A stretch of 62,971 bases of DNA, filler included, from Rhabdomonas costata (lineage: Eukaryota), in NCBI GenBank assembly GCA_019059605.1. It is 31 parts of 31 records of this genome, joined end to end, with 100 filler letters (N's around TTAATTAATTAA, not from the genome) between each part and the next. Parts side by side here need not be neighbours in the genome. Positions count along the whole stretch, not along the records: positions 50,877 to 52,808 come from JAHMHO010007235.1; positions 52,909 to 54,841 come from JAHMHO010007236.1; positions 54,942 to 56,873 come from JAHMHO010007237.1; positions 56,974 to 58,905 come from JAHMHO010007238.1; positions 59,006 to 60,937 come from JAHMHO010007239.1; positions 61,038 to 62,971 come from JAHMHO010007240.1; 25 more parts are not named here. The stretch is one strand, 5' to 3'. The notes beneath the pieces were generated by a model. That model did not search any database and was not told where the DNA came from. It saw nothing but the letters and a program-made list of their open reading frames with translations. The position numbers and the translations under genes are program-made. Shown one piece after another: positions 51,825 to 62,969 of the stretch (positions are counted from its first letter, which is position 1; every line of letters begins with the position of its first letter).

Positions 51825-52074
51825 CTCCTCCGACACGGTAAGCTTGACCCTCTTAGGGAGCGGAGGCGGGCCCTCCGACAGCGTCTCCTCGCTGGGCATC
51901 GGCGGAGACCGCTCCCTTTCTCGGCGCCGGGCGGGGAAGGCCCGGCCGGGAGACTGCCTCCGCGGAGGGGGCCGCGGTGGTGACAACGAGGGGCGGGCCA
52001 TAGGAGGAGGCCCTCTCCAAGAACCGTAGGGGGGGCTCCTGGACCTCCGTATGGCGCCCCCAAAGCTCCGGCCA
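51825..52074 (-). CDS. Arg/Ser/Pro-rich exon, hypothetical (SR-like) protein
   Basis: AG/GT-bounded GC-rich block GRSFGGAIRRSRSPPYGSWRGPPPMARPSLSPPRPPPRRQSPGR..RERERSPP..PKRVKLTVSEE. Confidence 0.35.
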
Positions 52075-52322
52075 CTGAGTCCCCGCAGGGCACTCAAAGA
52101 GGAACCATAGCCCCAAAAGGAAAGTGAGTCCTGACATCACAGGACAGAATTACCACTTGCGACTCCCTGCTGCATCACAGGTGCGCTTCACGTTTCGCCA
52201 AAGACGACCTGCCCCTGTTTTTCTTTTTCTGTGGTGGTTGCTCCCTCGTTCTCTCTATTACAATTGACCTTGCGAAAGAGAGTCGGAAAAGATGCCAATT
52301 TCCCACCAACCCAGTAAATTTC

Positions 52323-52803
52323 GGGTCGGCACTTGGCACCTTCCCACCGAAAGACCGACAACCTACACTCCCCCAAATTCGCAGTCAATTCCAGGTTTAT
52401 GTGCATACTTTTGTAGGTGCATACTATCTGCATACCCGGGCTTAGTTTTCATAGGATCATCAAAACGGACGGTTTTGAGTGGTTCAGGTTGGAAATGTGG
52501 GCGGCAACACCGATACCGCTCAGTGCTCAGTGGGGTGGGGCTAAGACATGGTGCAAGGGAGTGCCTCCTCCAATTACTCTTACGAGCGGTGGAGATGGCC
52601 GGCGCAGTCATTTGGCACAAGCACTTTCCGCGAACTGACGTTTCGATGGACACCCTAAACCGCCGGGCTACGCAGATAGTATGCACCTACAAAAGTATGC
52701 ACATAAACCTGGAATTGACTGCGAATTTGGTGGAGTGTAGGTTGTCGGTCTTTCGGTGGGAAGGTGCCAAGTGCCGACCCACCGAAAGACCGACAACCTA
52801 CAC
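52323..52803. repeat. 109-bp inverted repeat (52323-52431 / 52672-52780, one mismatch, 240-bp spacer) plus a short second fold-back at the contig end
   Basis: Direct comparison of the arms. Confidence 0.9.
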
Positions 52804-53222
52804 ATACCNNNNNNNNNNNNNNNNNNNNNNNNNNNNNNNNNNNNNNNNNNNNTTAATTAATTAANNNNNNNNNNNNNNNNNNNNNNNNNNNNNNNNNNNN
52901 NNNNNNNNTGTGGTGGGTGTGGTTGGTGGTGTGGTGCTGCTTACCAAGGTACGATGGAAGAGATGGTAGTCTTTTTCTGTGGTGGTTGCTCGCTACTGTT
53001 GCACGCGCATCTTTGTTTTTTGACGACAGATGGTTGGACCGCGGAAGGTTGCGGCGGTTCTTCGGATGACAGTGCTATTGGCCCTCCGTGAGAGCGCCCA
53101 GGCTGTGAGCGTCTAAAGTTAACGGCAGCTTTTGTTTTCATCCAGAATCTTTTTCGCATGTGTGTCCTTCCGTTTTTTATCCCACGAACAAACAACCGCT
53201 GGGTTCCAACTCTTTGCCCCAG

Positions 53223-54780
53223 GTCTGTGGATACATCTCGCAAAGAGATGAGCACTACCCTACGCTGACGGTGCGGGAGACGGTGAGGTTCGCGAAGGAA
53301 TGTCTGGACAGCTTGGTCCATGACTTGGACCACCCCGCCCTGGAGCATCCCAGCAATGCCGACGCGGAGGAGCTGCGGAGAATCCACAACATCAACGATG
53401 AATTGACCCTGCAGATATTGGGTGTAGCATTGTCTAGGGAGGTGCCAGCCATGTTTCGGGAGGGAACTTCATTTAAATCTTTGTGAAGCCAATACCTGTT
53501 TTGGGTACTTTGAGATATTGCACTATCACATCTCTCTCACTCAAGCACGGGTGGATCTTATGCGCACGCTGAAGTCTGACTGCTCTGGAACATCGGAAAC
53601 AGTGGGCATACTATGAAATTTGCGTCGCCCTTCCACCCGCACGACAAAATAACATAGAAAATAGAGTTACGTTAGGACTGGTCTCCAATATTTTCCCGCA
53701 ATAACTGTGAGATAATTGTCTACTTTTCGCTCCAATCCTACCCTATCGTATTATGCAGTTGTCCCCGATGAACTGATGGAAGCCAACAGTGGTTTGCATG
53801 TGTGGGGATGGGGCGCAGGAATCGCCCATGTGGGCGACACTGTTGTCGGGAATGAGATGCTTCGGGGCATCAGTGGGGGGCAGAAGCGCCGGCTGACCTC
53901 CGGGGAGGTTCTGGCGGCGAAGCAGCGTGTGGTGTTCGCGGATGAGATCACTACCGGCCTGGACAGGTTCGCGATTTTTTTGAAAGCGCAAATGCAGTTT
54001 TGAGGGCCGTGAGTGCACTGAGGAAGAAATATACAGAAATTTCGGTAACGTCTCACGTGAGCCATTTCTGCTTCAGACAGGCTTCATATATCTTTTTCTG
54101 TGGTGGATGCTCTTTCGTCTCACTCAAGCGTGCGCGCGAGGCAAGAAAAAGAACAAAGGGGAACGTCATCAGTGAAACAAACCTGCACATGACACGACAG
54201 TCTAACAAAGCGTCACATGCGTCCGGTTTCTGTCCCCGGTCGACATTCGAAAGCATCATCCACTTTCAGAAGCCGTTGTGATTAAGTGGAGTTTGCAATT
54301 TGCGCCGCAGTGCTGATGGTTTTTTCGTTCTGAAAAATTTGTGTTTAGGGTGAATCACATGCAGGGTATTTTGCCCTGGGCTTCGCACCCCTCGTTCTCC
54401 CATATGATGACTTCAGAATGGTCGTTGTCGGAGTTGTGGAGCATGTTCCATTCTGGGGGAAAGGGCGGCACCTTAGCAAGTGCAGGCATAATGAACAAGT
54501 CGCATATGTGCAGCTCCCCAACGAGAAAATAAAATTCACATCGGGGGTTTATTAACCCGGGCGTGTGGCTTCATATTTGCAGCACACGGACGCTTTACAG
54601 GACCCGCTGATCGCACAAGTTTGTGTCTCTGCACATGCTCTGTGCAGTGCCACCGCCTATGAGGTGTGCAAGGCGCTGACCTTGGAGTGCAAGCTGATGG
54701 GTCGCACAGTGGTGGTCTCTCTGCTGCAGCCCTCCCCGGAAGTTTTCGGGCTGTTCGACCACGTCATGATGCTGTGCAAG
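53223..54780 (+). CDS. ABCG/PDR-type ABC transporter, first nucleotide-binding domain, 3 exons, partial
   Basis: Exons 53223-53421, 53819-53966 and 54648-54780: [100 protein letters not shown]. Confidence 0.93.
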
Positions 54781-55039
54781 GTTCTATCTGAACTTCCAGG
54801 GAGGGCTGCAGCAGAGAGACCACCACTGTGCAACCCACCCCNNNNNNNNNNNNNNNNNNNNNNNNNNNNNNNNNNNNNNNNNNNNTTAATTAATTAANNN
54901 NNNNNNNNNNNNNNNNNNNNNNNNNNNNNNNNNNNNNNNNNTGTTGTTTGTGCGTGAAAGACCTTCTACCTCAAGGGAGATTGTCTCCGCGATGCCCTCT
55001 CGCCTGTGGTTGTAGTTTTATCAGTTTCATCTTCTCACC

Positions 55040-55705
55040 CGTGGATTAGGTGTCGTGATTTCTTGGTATTCTTTCTTCACGTAGCGCAGGGCGCAGGTAC
55101 ATACGCGGATTAGGTGGTATCTTCTTGGTATTAGACATTTTCGGACCGTAGGGACAGCGAGTGGGGTTAGCCGTGATTTCTTGCCCCACGAACATCGAGG
55201 CATCGAGATGTCAGTGGTGTAGTAATTTTCTTGGTATTCCTTCTTTCGGGCAACGCCGAGGGTCACGCGCAGAGTAGTGGATATTGGCAGTTCTTTCTTG
55301 GTATTCACCAAGTGAGCGCAGCGAACGGAGTAGGAAGGCACCTAGCGAGCGCAGCGAGCGTAGCAGACGGTGCCAAAGGCGTAGAAGGAGGCCCCCTGAG
55401 CGAGCGTAGTGAGTGGGGTATGAGCGTAAATCATCTTAAGGTTCTTTATAAGGGTTCTGATCTTGTATCGGCATTTGAGTTTCTGTCTTCGTATCTTGTC
55501 GTGGATTTCTGGTATTCTCTTGGGTTCAGATGTTGGAGCGAATGAGTGGATCGGGGCGAGGGTCGTGAACGCAGTGGATATTTGGGTGGGTATCTGGTAT
55601 CTCGGTCTTCATCTTCATCTTGGGGTTGGAATTCTCGCTTGGGTATTTGGTTTTTGGTGTTTTGTATTCTGCGTAGCGGAGTAGGAGGTGGAGCGTAGCG
55701 ACGTA
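55040..55705. repeat. Array of short dispersed repeats: TTCTTGGTATT x4 and GA-GC-GNA-GC-GA mini-hairpins
   Basis: TTCTTGGTATT at 55060, 55122, 55228 and 55295. GAGCGCAGCGA at 55314 and 55347, GAGCGTAGTGA at 55402, GAGCGTAGCGA at 55691. Confidence 0.8.
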
Positions 55706-55970
55706 AAAGGGGCCTCACGAAATAATCATAGAGAGATCATAATGAGCCCCCAAAACCAGCGTAATGCACCCTACTCTACGGGACCAGTGAGTGTCTTCGC
55801 TGGAATACACGCTATACCTTAGTGTCGTAATGAAGACAAGAAGATCTAAGCGCGAAGAACCAGCATCGACGTGACAACAAGTATCCCGGCTCGGAGCTGA
55901 GAGGTTTCAAGCTGGACCACATAGCAGCCTCAACAGGTAACCCGCCTCTCAGTTCACGAAGCTCAGTACA

Positions 55971-56261
55971 GTGCATCGTTGGTATTGTGGATCGGATACT
56001 ACACCACCACATACGTTCCTTGGCCATTACCTCACATCCTTCCCCACACCAATAGCAAGGCCTGTACAAGGAGATTCACCACCACAATCGCTAGGAACCA
56101 AATGCCTCACCATCCTTGTCTTCACGCTAGATACCTCAGCCCCTTGCATTGATTGTCCAACACTACCAAGAACCAGATACGAGGCTGGGGTGGAGTGTGA
56201 CCGTTGGTTGGGCTCAGGTTGGTTGTGGCGCCCAACTTTGGGGCGTGGTTACCGTCAGTAG
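55971..56261 (+). pseudogene. cob: Degenerate cytochrome b (cob)-like N-terminal segment; cryptogene or NUMT
   Basis: HYLTSFPTP ... SLGTKCLTILVFT ... YEAGVECDRWLGSGWLWR is collinear with Cob 'HLIDYPTP...SLLGLCLVIQIIT...AFSSVEHIMRDVNYGWLLR'. PTP-to-GW spacing is 55 aa versus ~51 typical. Confidence 0.5.
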
Positions 56262-57264
56262 GCTGTCACAGGGTGGTGATGCTGGCTGAGATTTCACAAC
56301 GCTGAGCCAACGGGACAGATACACCCCTGGGGATTCCTGCCGCAGGGACCCTAGGGAGAGACCCTACGCACTGAATCAAAGCATCTCTAACAAACGCTGC
56401 ACATGTGAGGAGAGTGGGCTCTAGTGCGCAAGCTCGCACCGAGACAGTAGCGCAAAAGAAGTGCGGTCTGGGGGCACTCCAGGCTATAGAAAACCCTCGA
56501 GGCCGGCCAGGTGTTTGGCACATTATGCTTCAAAGTGCGTTGGGTCCCACATAGGAGCCCAAAACAGTGAGGCCATTGCTCAAAGGCGTGAGGTGGTGAA
56601 GCAGAGACCAGGAAAAAGAGACGCATCACCCCGATTCCGGGATTTCGCCCAATTGAGAGAAATGCCATGTTTCTCCAAAACAGCGAGCAGGCACTCGCCA
56701 GGGCGTTCTGAGCAGGGACGGCAGGGGACGAATTGTAGAAGAGAAGCCTGGCCGCTTTGCCGGGGTTGTGCTCGCCGGGGGAAGCGATCACTGCGCGGCG
56801 GAGGGAGGCCACCATTGCAAGTTTGGGTGGGGCCCCGGCCCAGAATTGCCCAGCGCCCCACTGCGTTACCGTCNNNNNNNNNNNNNNNNNNNNNNNNNNN
56901 NNNNNNNNNNNNNNNNNTTAATTAATTAANNNNNNNNNNNNNNNNNNNNNNNNNNNNNNNNNNNNNNNNNNNNTGTGTTAGATGTGTTTAGTGTTGAGGG
57001 ACAAGACTCTCATCAACCAGGCTTCGAAACGGCTTGCAAACCAGCCCAGGCTGAGCTGTGGCTTTTGCCCCAGAAACCGAAAGATGCAAACCAATATTTG
57101 TCTCTTCGTTCACATTCGCTCATGTTCACTCCGACCTGGCGTAACCACAGCCAATACCCTCACTTTGGGTTAAGAGTCACGAAGGCATGTCGAGGCATCG
57201 AGGCATGCCGTAGTAGTAACCATCACCCCTTGCGGGCCCATTTCTCCACTTCAGTCGCTAGGAA

Positions 57265-57605
57265 GGAGGAGCGTAGCTGTAAAGCGGCGGAGTGACGACG
57301 TAGGATGAAGGAAGAAGGGATGGCCATGAGCGTAGCGAGTGGACATCCCGACAAGCATCTTCTTCTCTTTCTTCTTCTTCTTCTTCTTCAGGAGGCGACG
57401 ACCGAGTAGTAAGTGGAGCATCTGAGCGAATGCGAAGATGCGACCATCACTTCTTCTAAAAGGGGTATCAGTAGAAAGAGGAGCATGGACCGCAAGGGAC
57501 ATGCGACCATCGCATTTAGGAGGGATGTGAGCGCAGCGAACATCCCGACATCAAGAATGCATTCTCTATACGTGTCACACCTTCGCTCATCCTTCGCTCA
57601 GTCGT
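57265..57605. repeat. Cluster of hairpins with a GA-GC-GNA-GC-GA core, plus a (CTT)n run
   Basis: GGGATGT-GAGCGCAGCGA-ACATCCC (57522-57546), GCATCT-GAGCGAATGCGA-AGATGC (57418-57441), GGGATG..GAGCGTAGCGA..CATCCC (~57317-57349), GCATG-GACCGCAAGGGA-CATGC (~57483-57504). Confidence 0.85.
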
Positions 57606-58042
57606 CCAGGCGTAGCCACAGTGGAGACATACATTTGGGTTTGGGTTCACTCTTACGGTGGGTTTCAGCCTCTGCGTGGGTTTCAGGCATGGTCGGTCTA
57701 GCGTTCGAGTGCTGACATCCATCCATCATCACCCTCGGAGTGGAATTCGCGGTCATGGTGGGTGCTTCAGCCCATTCCTCCGTCAGCAGGTGTGGTCAAT
57801 GCGTAGGAGTCACCCTTTCACCCTTCCCTCACGTTCTCATGCAGGGATTCCTCTTCACACCCACCAACCACCGGAGGTGGAGCGTAAGAGTAGGGTGGGT
57901 AACGTAGGTGGTAGCGGTAGGCATCACCACCGGAGTCGTCTTTCCACTTCCACTTCAACGTTGGCATGTGGGTCGAGGTGCTGCTGGTCATAGCCTGAGG
58001 TTGGTGGTTGCATGCTACTACCCAATTCCTACCCTTCCACCT

Positions 58043-58735
58043 ATGCACATCGTACCACTACCCTAACCCTACCGTTGGGTGTGTGTGTTCTCATGGGGAT
58101 AGGTCTTGGCGTAGTTAATCGGTGTGGACGATAAACTATCTGGTGGGGTGACGCTCCAACAACGGGCATAACAACCGCTATGACCACTACTACTATCGCC
58201 ACTACTACTGCATGTGGGTACCTCGTATTGGGTTATACCGATGCCCCTACGCATGGTTCTACCATACGATAAGAGTCCAGCACTCAACCTCGTGTGAGAC
58301 GGTGATAGGACGCCAGACTCCCTGGGGCTCACAGGCATTGCCATTATGCATGGTTACCCAGCAAGCTCACCCCAGGCACCATCATCGGGCTCAGTCACAT
58401 GGCTTGAGTGTACTACGTGCAGATATACGTACCACTACGCATACCCTTACCGTTCCACCGTTCCCCATGCTCCTCACCTCATTTGGGGCTCTTTACGTCA
58501 TAGCCTAGCATCCATCACTAGGACTTCCTTCAGTGGGACCACCACTGGAACAGCGCTGTGCCACTCTATGTTATCATACACGTAATGCCAGGCTACGTGA
58601 TATTAGCGCGGTCACCTCAACTTCGCATGCGGAATGTTCTACGCATGGTATTGGGGCCAGAGCTGTGCTTGGTGTATTCGTGCAGTCGCGTATTATGAGT
58701 GCAGTCCTTTCTACCACTACCGACCTTGTCCTGGA
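58043..58735 (+). pseudogene. Highly degenerate nad5-like N-terminal segment (multiple frameshifts); cryptogene or NUMT
   Basis: Collinear landmarks fall in shifting frames: M(H)IV(P)L 58043, LPL 58069, DSL 58316, F(P)MLL 58461, FLQWD ~58525-58539, ARAVLGVFVQSRI 58656-58694. Compare Nad5 'MY....LPL..FDSL..FFML..FLGWE..NKAAIKAMLVNRV'. The match is weak and by eye. Confidence 0.35.
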
Positions 58736-60176
58736 TCCGCAGACCCTTACCTAGCTACCTTCAAAGGCCAACCCCATATCCAAGAGAAGCGAACCCGTAA
58801 CCCAGAAATCTATCCACTCACAATCCCAGCTTGGACATCCCGAGGGACGTCAGGAACCCCGAATGCCGAATACCAAATCCTGACCCCGAACTCCGAACCA
58901 CAAAANNNNNNNNNNNNNNNNNNNNNNNNNNNNNNNNNNNNNNNNNNNNTTAATTAATTAANNNNNNNNNNNNNNNNNNNNNNNNNNNNNNNNNNNNNNN
59001 NNNNNACCCACCATGCGGAATCAGACACCCTGCGCGTGGCTTGTTTGGGTATTCGTCTGTGAGGTGTGTGTATGCGTGCGTGCGTTGAAGGGATGTTGTT
59101 GCGATACTGGTGCGTTTTTGCTTCAGTGGGATAGTGGGTGGTTAGTTCTTTGGTTTTCTTTATGTGTTGTGCCTTTTGTAGGCGCTCCGAGGCCTCGGCC
59201 TTCGTTGTACAGTGCTCTGCGAGGGTGGTGTGCCCATCCACCAAACGTGTATCCACTCATCATACTGGAAGATTTTTACGCGCTTCCGCTTCTTCCCTCC
59301 CTTCTTTCCCCATCTTTGTCTGAGTTTGTCTATAGGCTCTCCGAGCCTTCACCTTCCCTTCCACCCGTTCTTGCTATCCAGAGCCTCCCTCTCTTCCGCA
59401 CCCACATACTACCATGCATTTTGCAATATGGGGTGTGGCCAGCGGGGGGCCCAGTAATGCAATGTGATGCATTGCCATGAACCGCGTTTTCTTGTTGTCG
59501 ACTGTGCTCCGTGGCAGCTGCCACGCCATTTCTTCATAGGAGTGGGGATTCCCTGGCAAGATTGTATCGTATGGCAGATGTTTTCATTGGAACGTCCGTG
59601 TTTCCCAAACGCCCTTTTGGTGCCAAATGATTGGTGATGACGGAGAAAAAATTGGGTAATTTCCAGTGCTTCCTCCGTGTGCATCATTGATTCTTTCCGT
59701 ATGTTTTACTGGAACTCAAAAGAAATTCATAAGCTGCCAGTGCAGCTCGTTCCCACGCCAGAGCATGTGGGCAGCACACAAGCACACAATGGTCATGTGT
59801 TTGCATGTGGGTGGGTGGGGCGTCATCAGCCCATTGTTCCTTTACGTGGCCTCTCTCTCCCGCGGCCTCTCTAGAAGTGAGTTCCCGCCTTGCAACAACA
59901 ACGCGAAAGTGCCCGGAAAGGCAGAAAGGCGTTATTTCGATCTATCATTCCATGACCGTATAGCACGGTTACACCGTAGAATGCCTTTTAAATTTGAAAA
60001 CGGCGTTACGCCGTGTAACGCCCCCCTCCAAAAGAAATAGATCAGGCCGCTGTGCCAATGTTGCGTGTTTCTGCGAAGGTCTTGTCCCATTGAACTTGTT
60101 CCGTTTTCGGTGGGAAGGAAAAACCCTTCCTCCCTTCCTCCATTGCTGCTGCTGCTCGTCTTTGGCCAACCAAACA

Positions 60177-60680
60177 ATGGCTATTGGCGGCGATAACATC
60201 TTCTGGTACCTTCCGAACATTATCGACTACTTCCGCGTCGTCACAGTGCTCATCGGCTTTGCGGTGGCCTTTGACAGCCCTACTGCCTTTGGGTTGCTGT
60301 ACCTGGTGTCCTTTCTGCTGGATGGTGTGGACGGCTATGCCGCCCGCAGGTCTGAGGGAGAGGGGAGATGTGGGGGGAGGCGGTGTGTTTAACCGTGTAG
60401 CGATGTTACCTTGGTGACTTTTCCCGAGAATGGCGATGAACGTTTCTCAGTTTTCCTGCTGTTTGCAGCTCACGATATTGTCCCCCCCCACACACACACC
60501 CTCCCCAGAAACACCTGTACTGCAGTGTTTGTTTCGGTTTTCACCCAGCGTGTGCGTAAATGGAAGAGCAAAGTAAGGACAATATTGGGAAAACGTTTCT
60601 CGGTTCGTGACTGATACGCAACGATACAGGTACAGCCAGTGCTCCCAGCTGGGCACCGTCCTGGACATGATCACGGACAG
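60177..60680 (+). CDS. PIS1: Phosphatidylinositol synthase (CDP-alcohol phosphatidyltransferase), first 2 exons
   Basis: Exons 60177-60349 and 60630-60680: MAIGGDNIFWYLPNIIDYFRVV...LLYLVSFLLDGVDGYAARRYSQCSQLGTVLDMITDR, containing the D..DG..AR...Q.S..G..LD...DR signature. Confidence 0.92.
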
Positions 60681-61037
60681 GTCACCCTTTATTTTGCATT
60701 GGCGTCGCTTCATGTTTTACGCTCTCGCTTCTGGTTTGGTGCTTGATTCGACCCTTCCGCGTGGGTGGAGGGCTTTTACTTGCACCCGGATTGCTGTGCT
60801 GACCCTGCAGCAAAATCTTTTCTTCGCCATTTCAATGTTCGGCGATATTGCCGTGAGTTAGGGATATTGCTCATTTCGAATGGAGATGTTAGTCTTGTTT
60901 CGGGTTTTCACTCGCTGAATGAACCGAACAACCACACNNNNNNNNNNNNNNNNNNNNNNNNNNNNNNNNNNNNNNNNNNNNTTAATTAATTAANNNNNNN
61001 NNNNNNNNNNNNNNNNNNNNNNNNNNNNNNNNNNNNN

Positions 61038-62622
61038 GTACGTTTGGGTTGGGGTTTGTTGTTGTGCCGCCGCTCCCTTGTAAAGCCAAAGAAGAAGAAG
61101 GTTAGCGGACAATGTGGAGGTAGAGTAGCATTGGATGGCCCGCAGGCGGCCCATTTCACCCCAAGTCCCCCCTCCGAGTTTGGCGAAGCGAGGCGGTGAG
61201 GCAGAAGACCCCTCCCCCGACGAATTAGTCCCAGCGGCGGATTCCGAAGGAGAAGTGCGAAGCGCAGGTGCGCGAGCAAGTGAGGTTGTTAAGGGGAGGG
61301 CTTTCCGAGTAATTGGGGTTGAAGCGAAGGCGGTCAAGTTCACTTCGGGGTGAGGCGGAGCGCGAGGTCGGGGGGTTTGGCAAATTTGGACGAGTTGCGG
61401 GGCGAAGGTGGTTAAGTCCCCTTCGGGGGAGTTTGAAAAGCGACCGAGAGGGTGCGACGGAGTGGCAGGTTGCGACCTAGAGTCGTCGACCAAGCGTCCA
61501 CAGGCTTGGGCCACTGCTTGGGTTTGTTGCGGCCAATCTCTACTAGGCCGGCGGCGAAAGCGATGCCAATCCGGGGGAAAGAAAGCCTCCTCACCAAGGT
61601 GAGTTGACAGAGCTCACAAAGCGAAAGCGTTGTCAGGAGGGGCCACGGAGTGGAGCGGATCGAGCGGGCTACGGGGGAAGGCGCAAGAGCCACGTAATTG
61701 GTCCAGGCCCTCCATGCCTTCTGACAAGTTATCAATCGAACGAACGAATAAAGGACCGATTGATTGATAGGTAAATTGGACGACAAAATGTGGACAACAT
61801 TTATCCAGAAGGGGTCCAACGGTGTCCCTCGTTCTGCCCTTTGGTATGTTCGGGCCGGCGCTTTCGATAACCGCGGCATCTCCTGGAGTGCAGCGAGGGA
61901 AGGCGTGGATTCCAGAGCGGATGAGACCAAGAGAAGACAGCGGATGAGATCAAGAGGTGAGTGTATGGCAGTGGATTGCATGGAGCGAGGTTGGAGAGGA
62001 GAGTTTTGTCCGAGTTGTTTTCAGCAGGATTCGAAGGAGAACGACGGCAGGCCATCAAGACGAAGAAGCCCATCAAGAACAAGGCCGCCAACAGTCAAGG
62101 CGATAAAGCAAAAGAGTAGAGGAGCGAGGACCGAAAACCCGACCGACGAAAACGGAGCGAGCGCCAGGATCCAAGAGGTTGCCCATTTTTCTTATATTAC
62201 GGAAGTGCAGGTGGATTTGGTGTGTTCCTGCGGGTTTTTGGGACAATCTTTGTGTACGTTTGGGTTGGGGTTTGTTGTTGTGCCGCCGCTCCCTTGTAAA
62301 GCCAAAGAAGAAGAAGGTTAGCGGACAATGTGGAGGTAGAGTAGCATTGGATGGCCCGCAGGCGGCCCATTTCACCCCAAGTCCCCCCTCCAAGTTTGGC
62401 GAAGCGAGGCGGTGAGGCAGAAGACCCCTCCCCCGACGAATTAGTCCCAGCGGCGGATTCCGAAGGAGAAGTGCGAAGCGCAGGTGCGCGAGCAAGTGAG
62501 GTTGTTAAGGGAAGGGCTTTCCGAGTAATTGGGGTTGAAGCGAAGGCGGTCAAGTTCACTTCGTGGTGAGGCGGAGCGCGAGGTCTGGGGGTTTGGCAAA
62601 TTTGGACGAGTTGCGGGGCGAA
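61038..62622. repeat. 369-bp direct repeat (61038-61406 / 62254-62622, 4 substitutions, offset 1216)
   Basis: Direct comparison; copy 1 is truncated by the contig start. Confidence 0.95.
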
Positions 62623-62969
62623 AATGAGTTTTGGTGTTTTCTCGATGCCCGCGCCTTGGAGCGCAGACTTGCGGCTTCCCCCCCCACCTTTTTGCCCGCG
62701 CAACGCGCCCCCATTTTATGCCTTTCCTGTACCTCCGGTCTCGTTGGACGCCGTTTTGTCGCCACGATTTGTTACCACCACACTTGTTCCAATCCCAAGT
62801 TTCTTTTCACCAGGAGATGCCGCGGTTATCGAAAGCGCCGGCCAGAACATACCAAAGGGCAGAACGAGGGACACCGTCGGACCCCTTCTGGATAAATGTT
62901 GTCCACATTTTGTCGTCCAATTTACCTATCAATCAATCGGTCCTTTATTCGTTCGTTCGATTGATAACT
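61727..62969. repeat. 160-bp inverted repeat (61727-61886 / 62810-62969, 2 substitutions)
   Basis: Direct comparison of the two copies. Confidence 0.93.

Noticed and set aside
55040-55310. TTCTTGGTATT repeats as a CRISPR array
   Set aside because: The repeat is only 11-12 bp with irregular spacing, there are no cas genes, and the context is eukaryotic.
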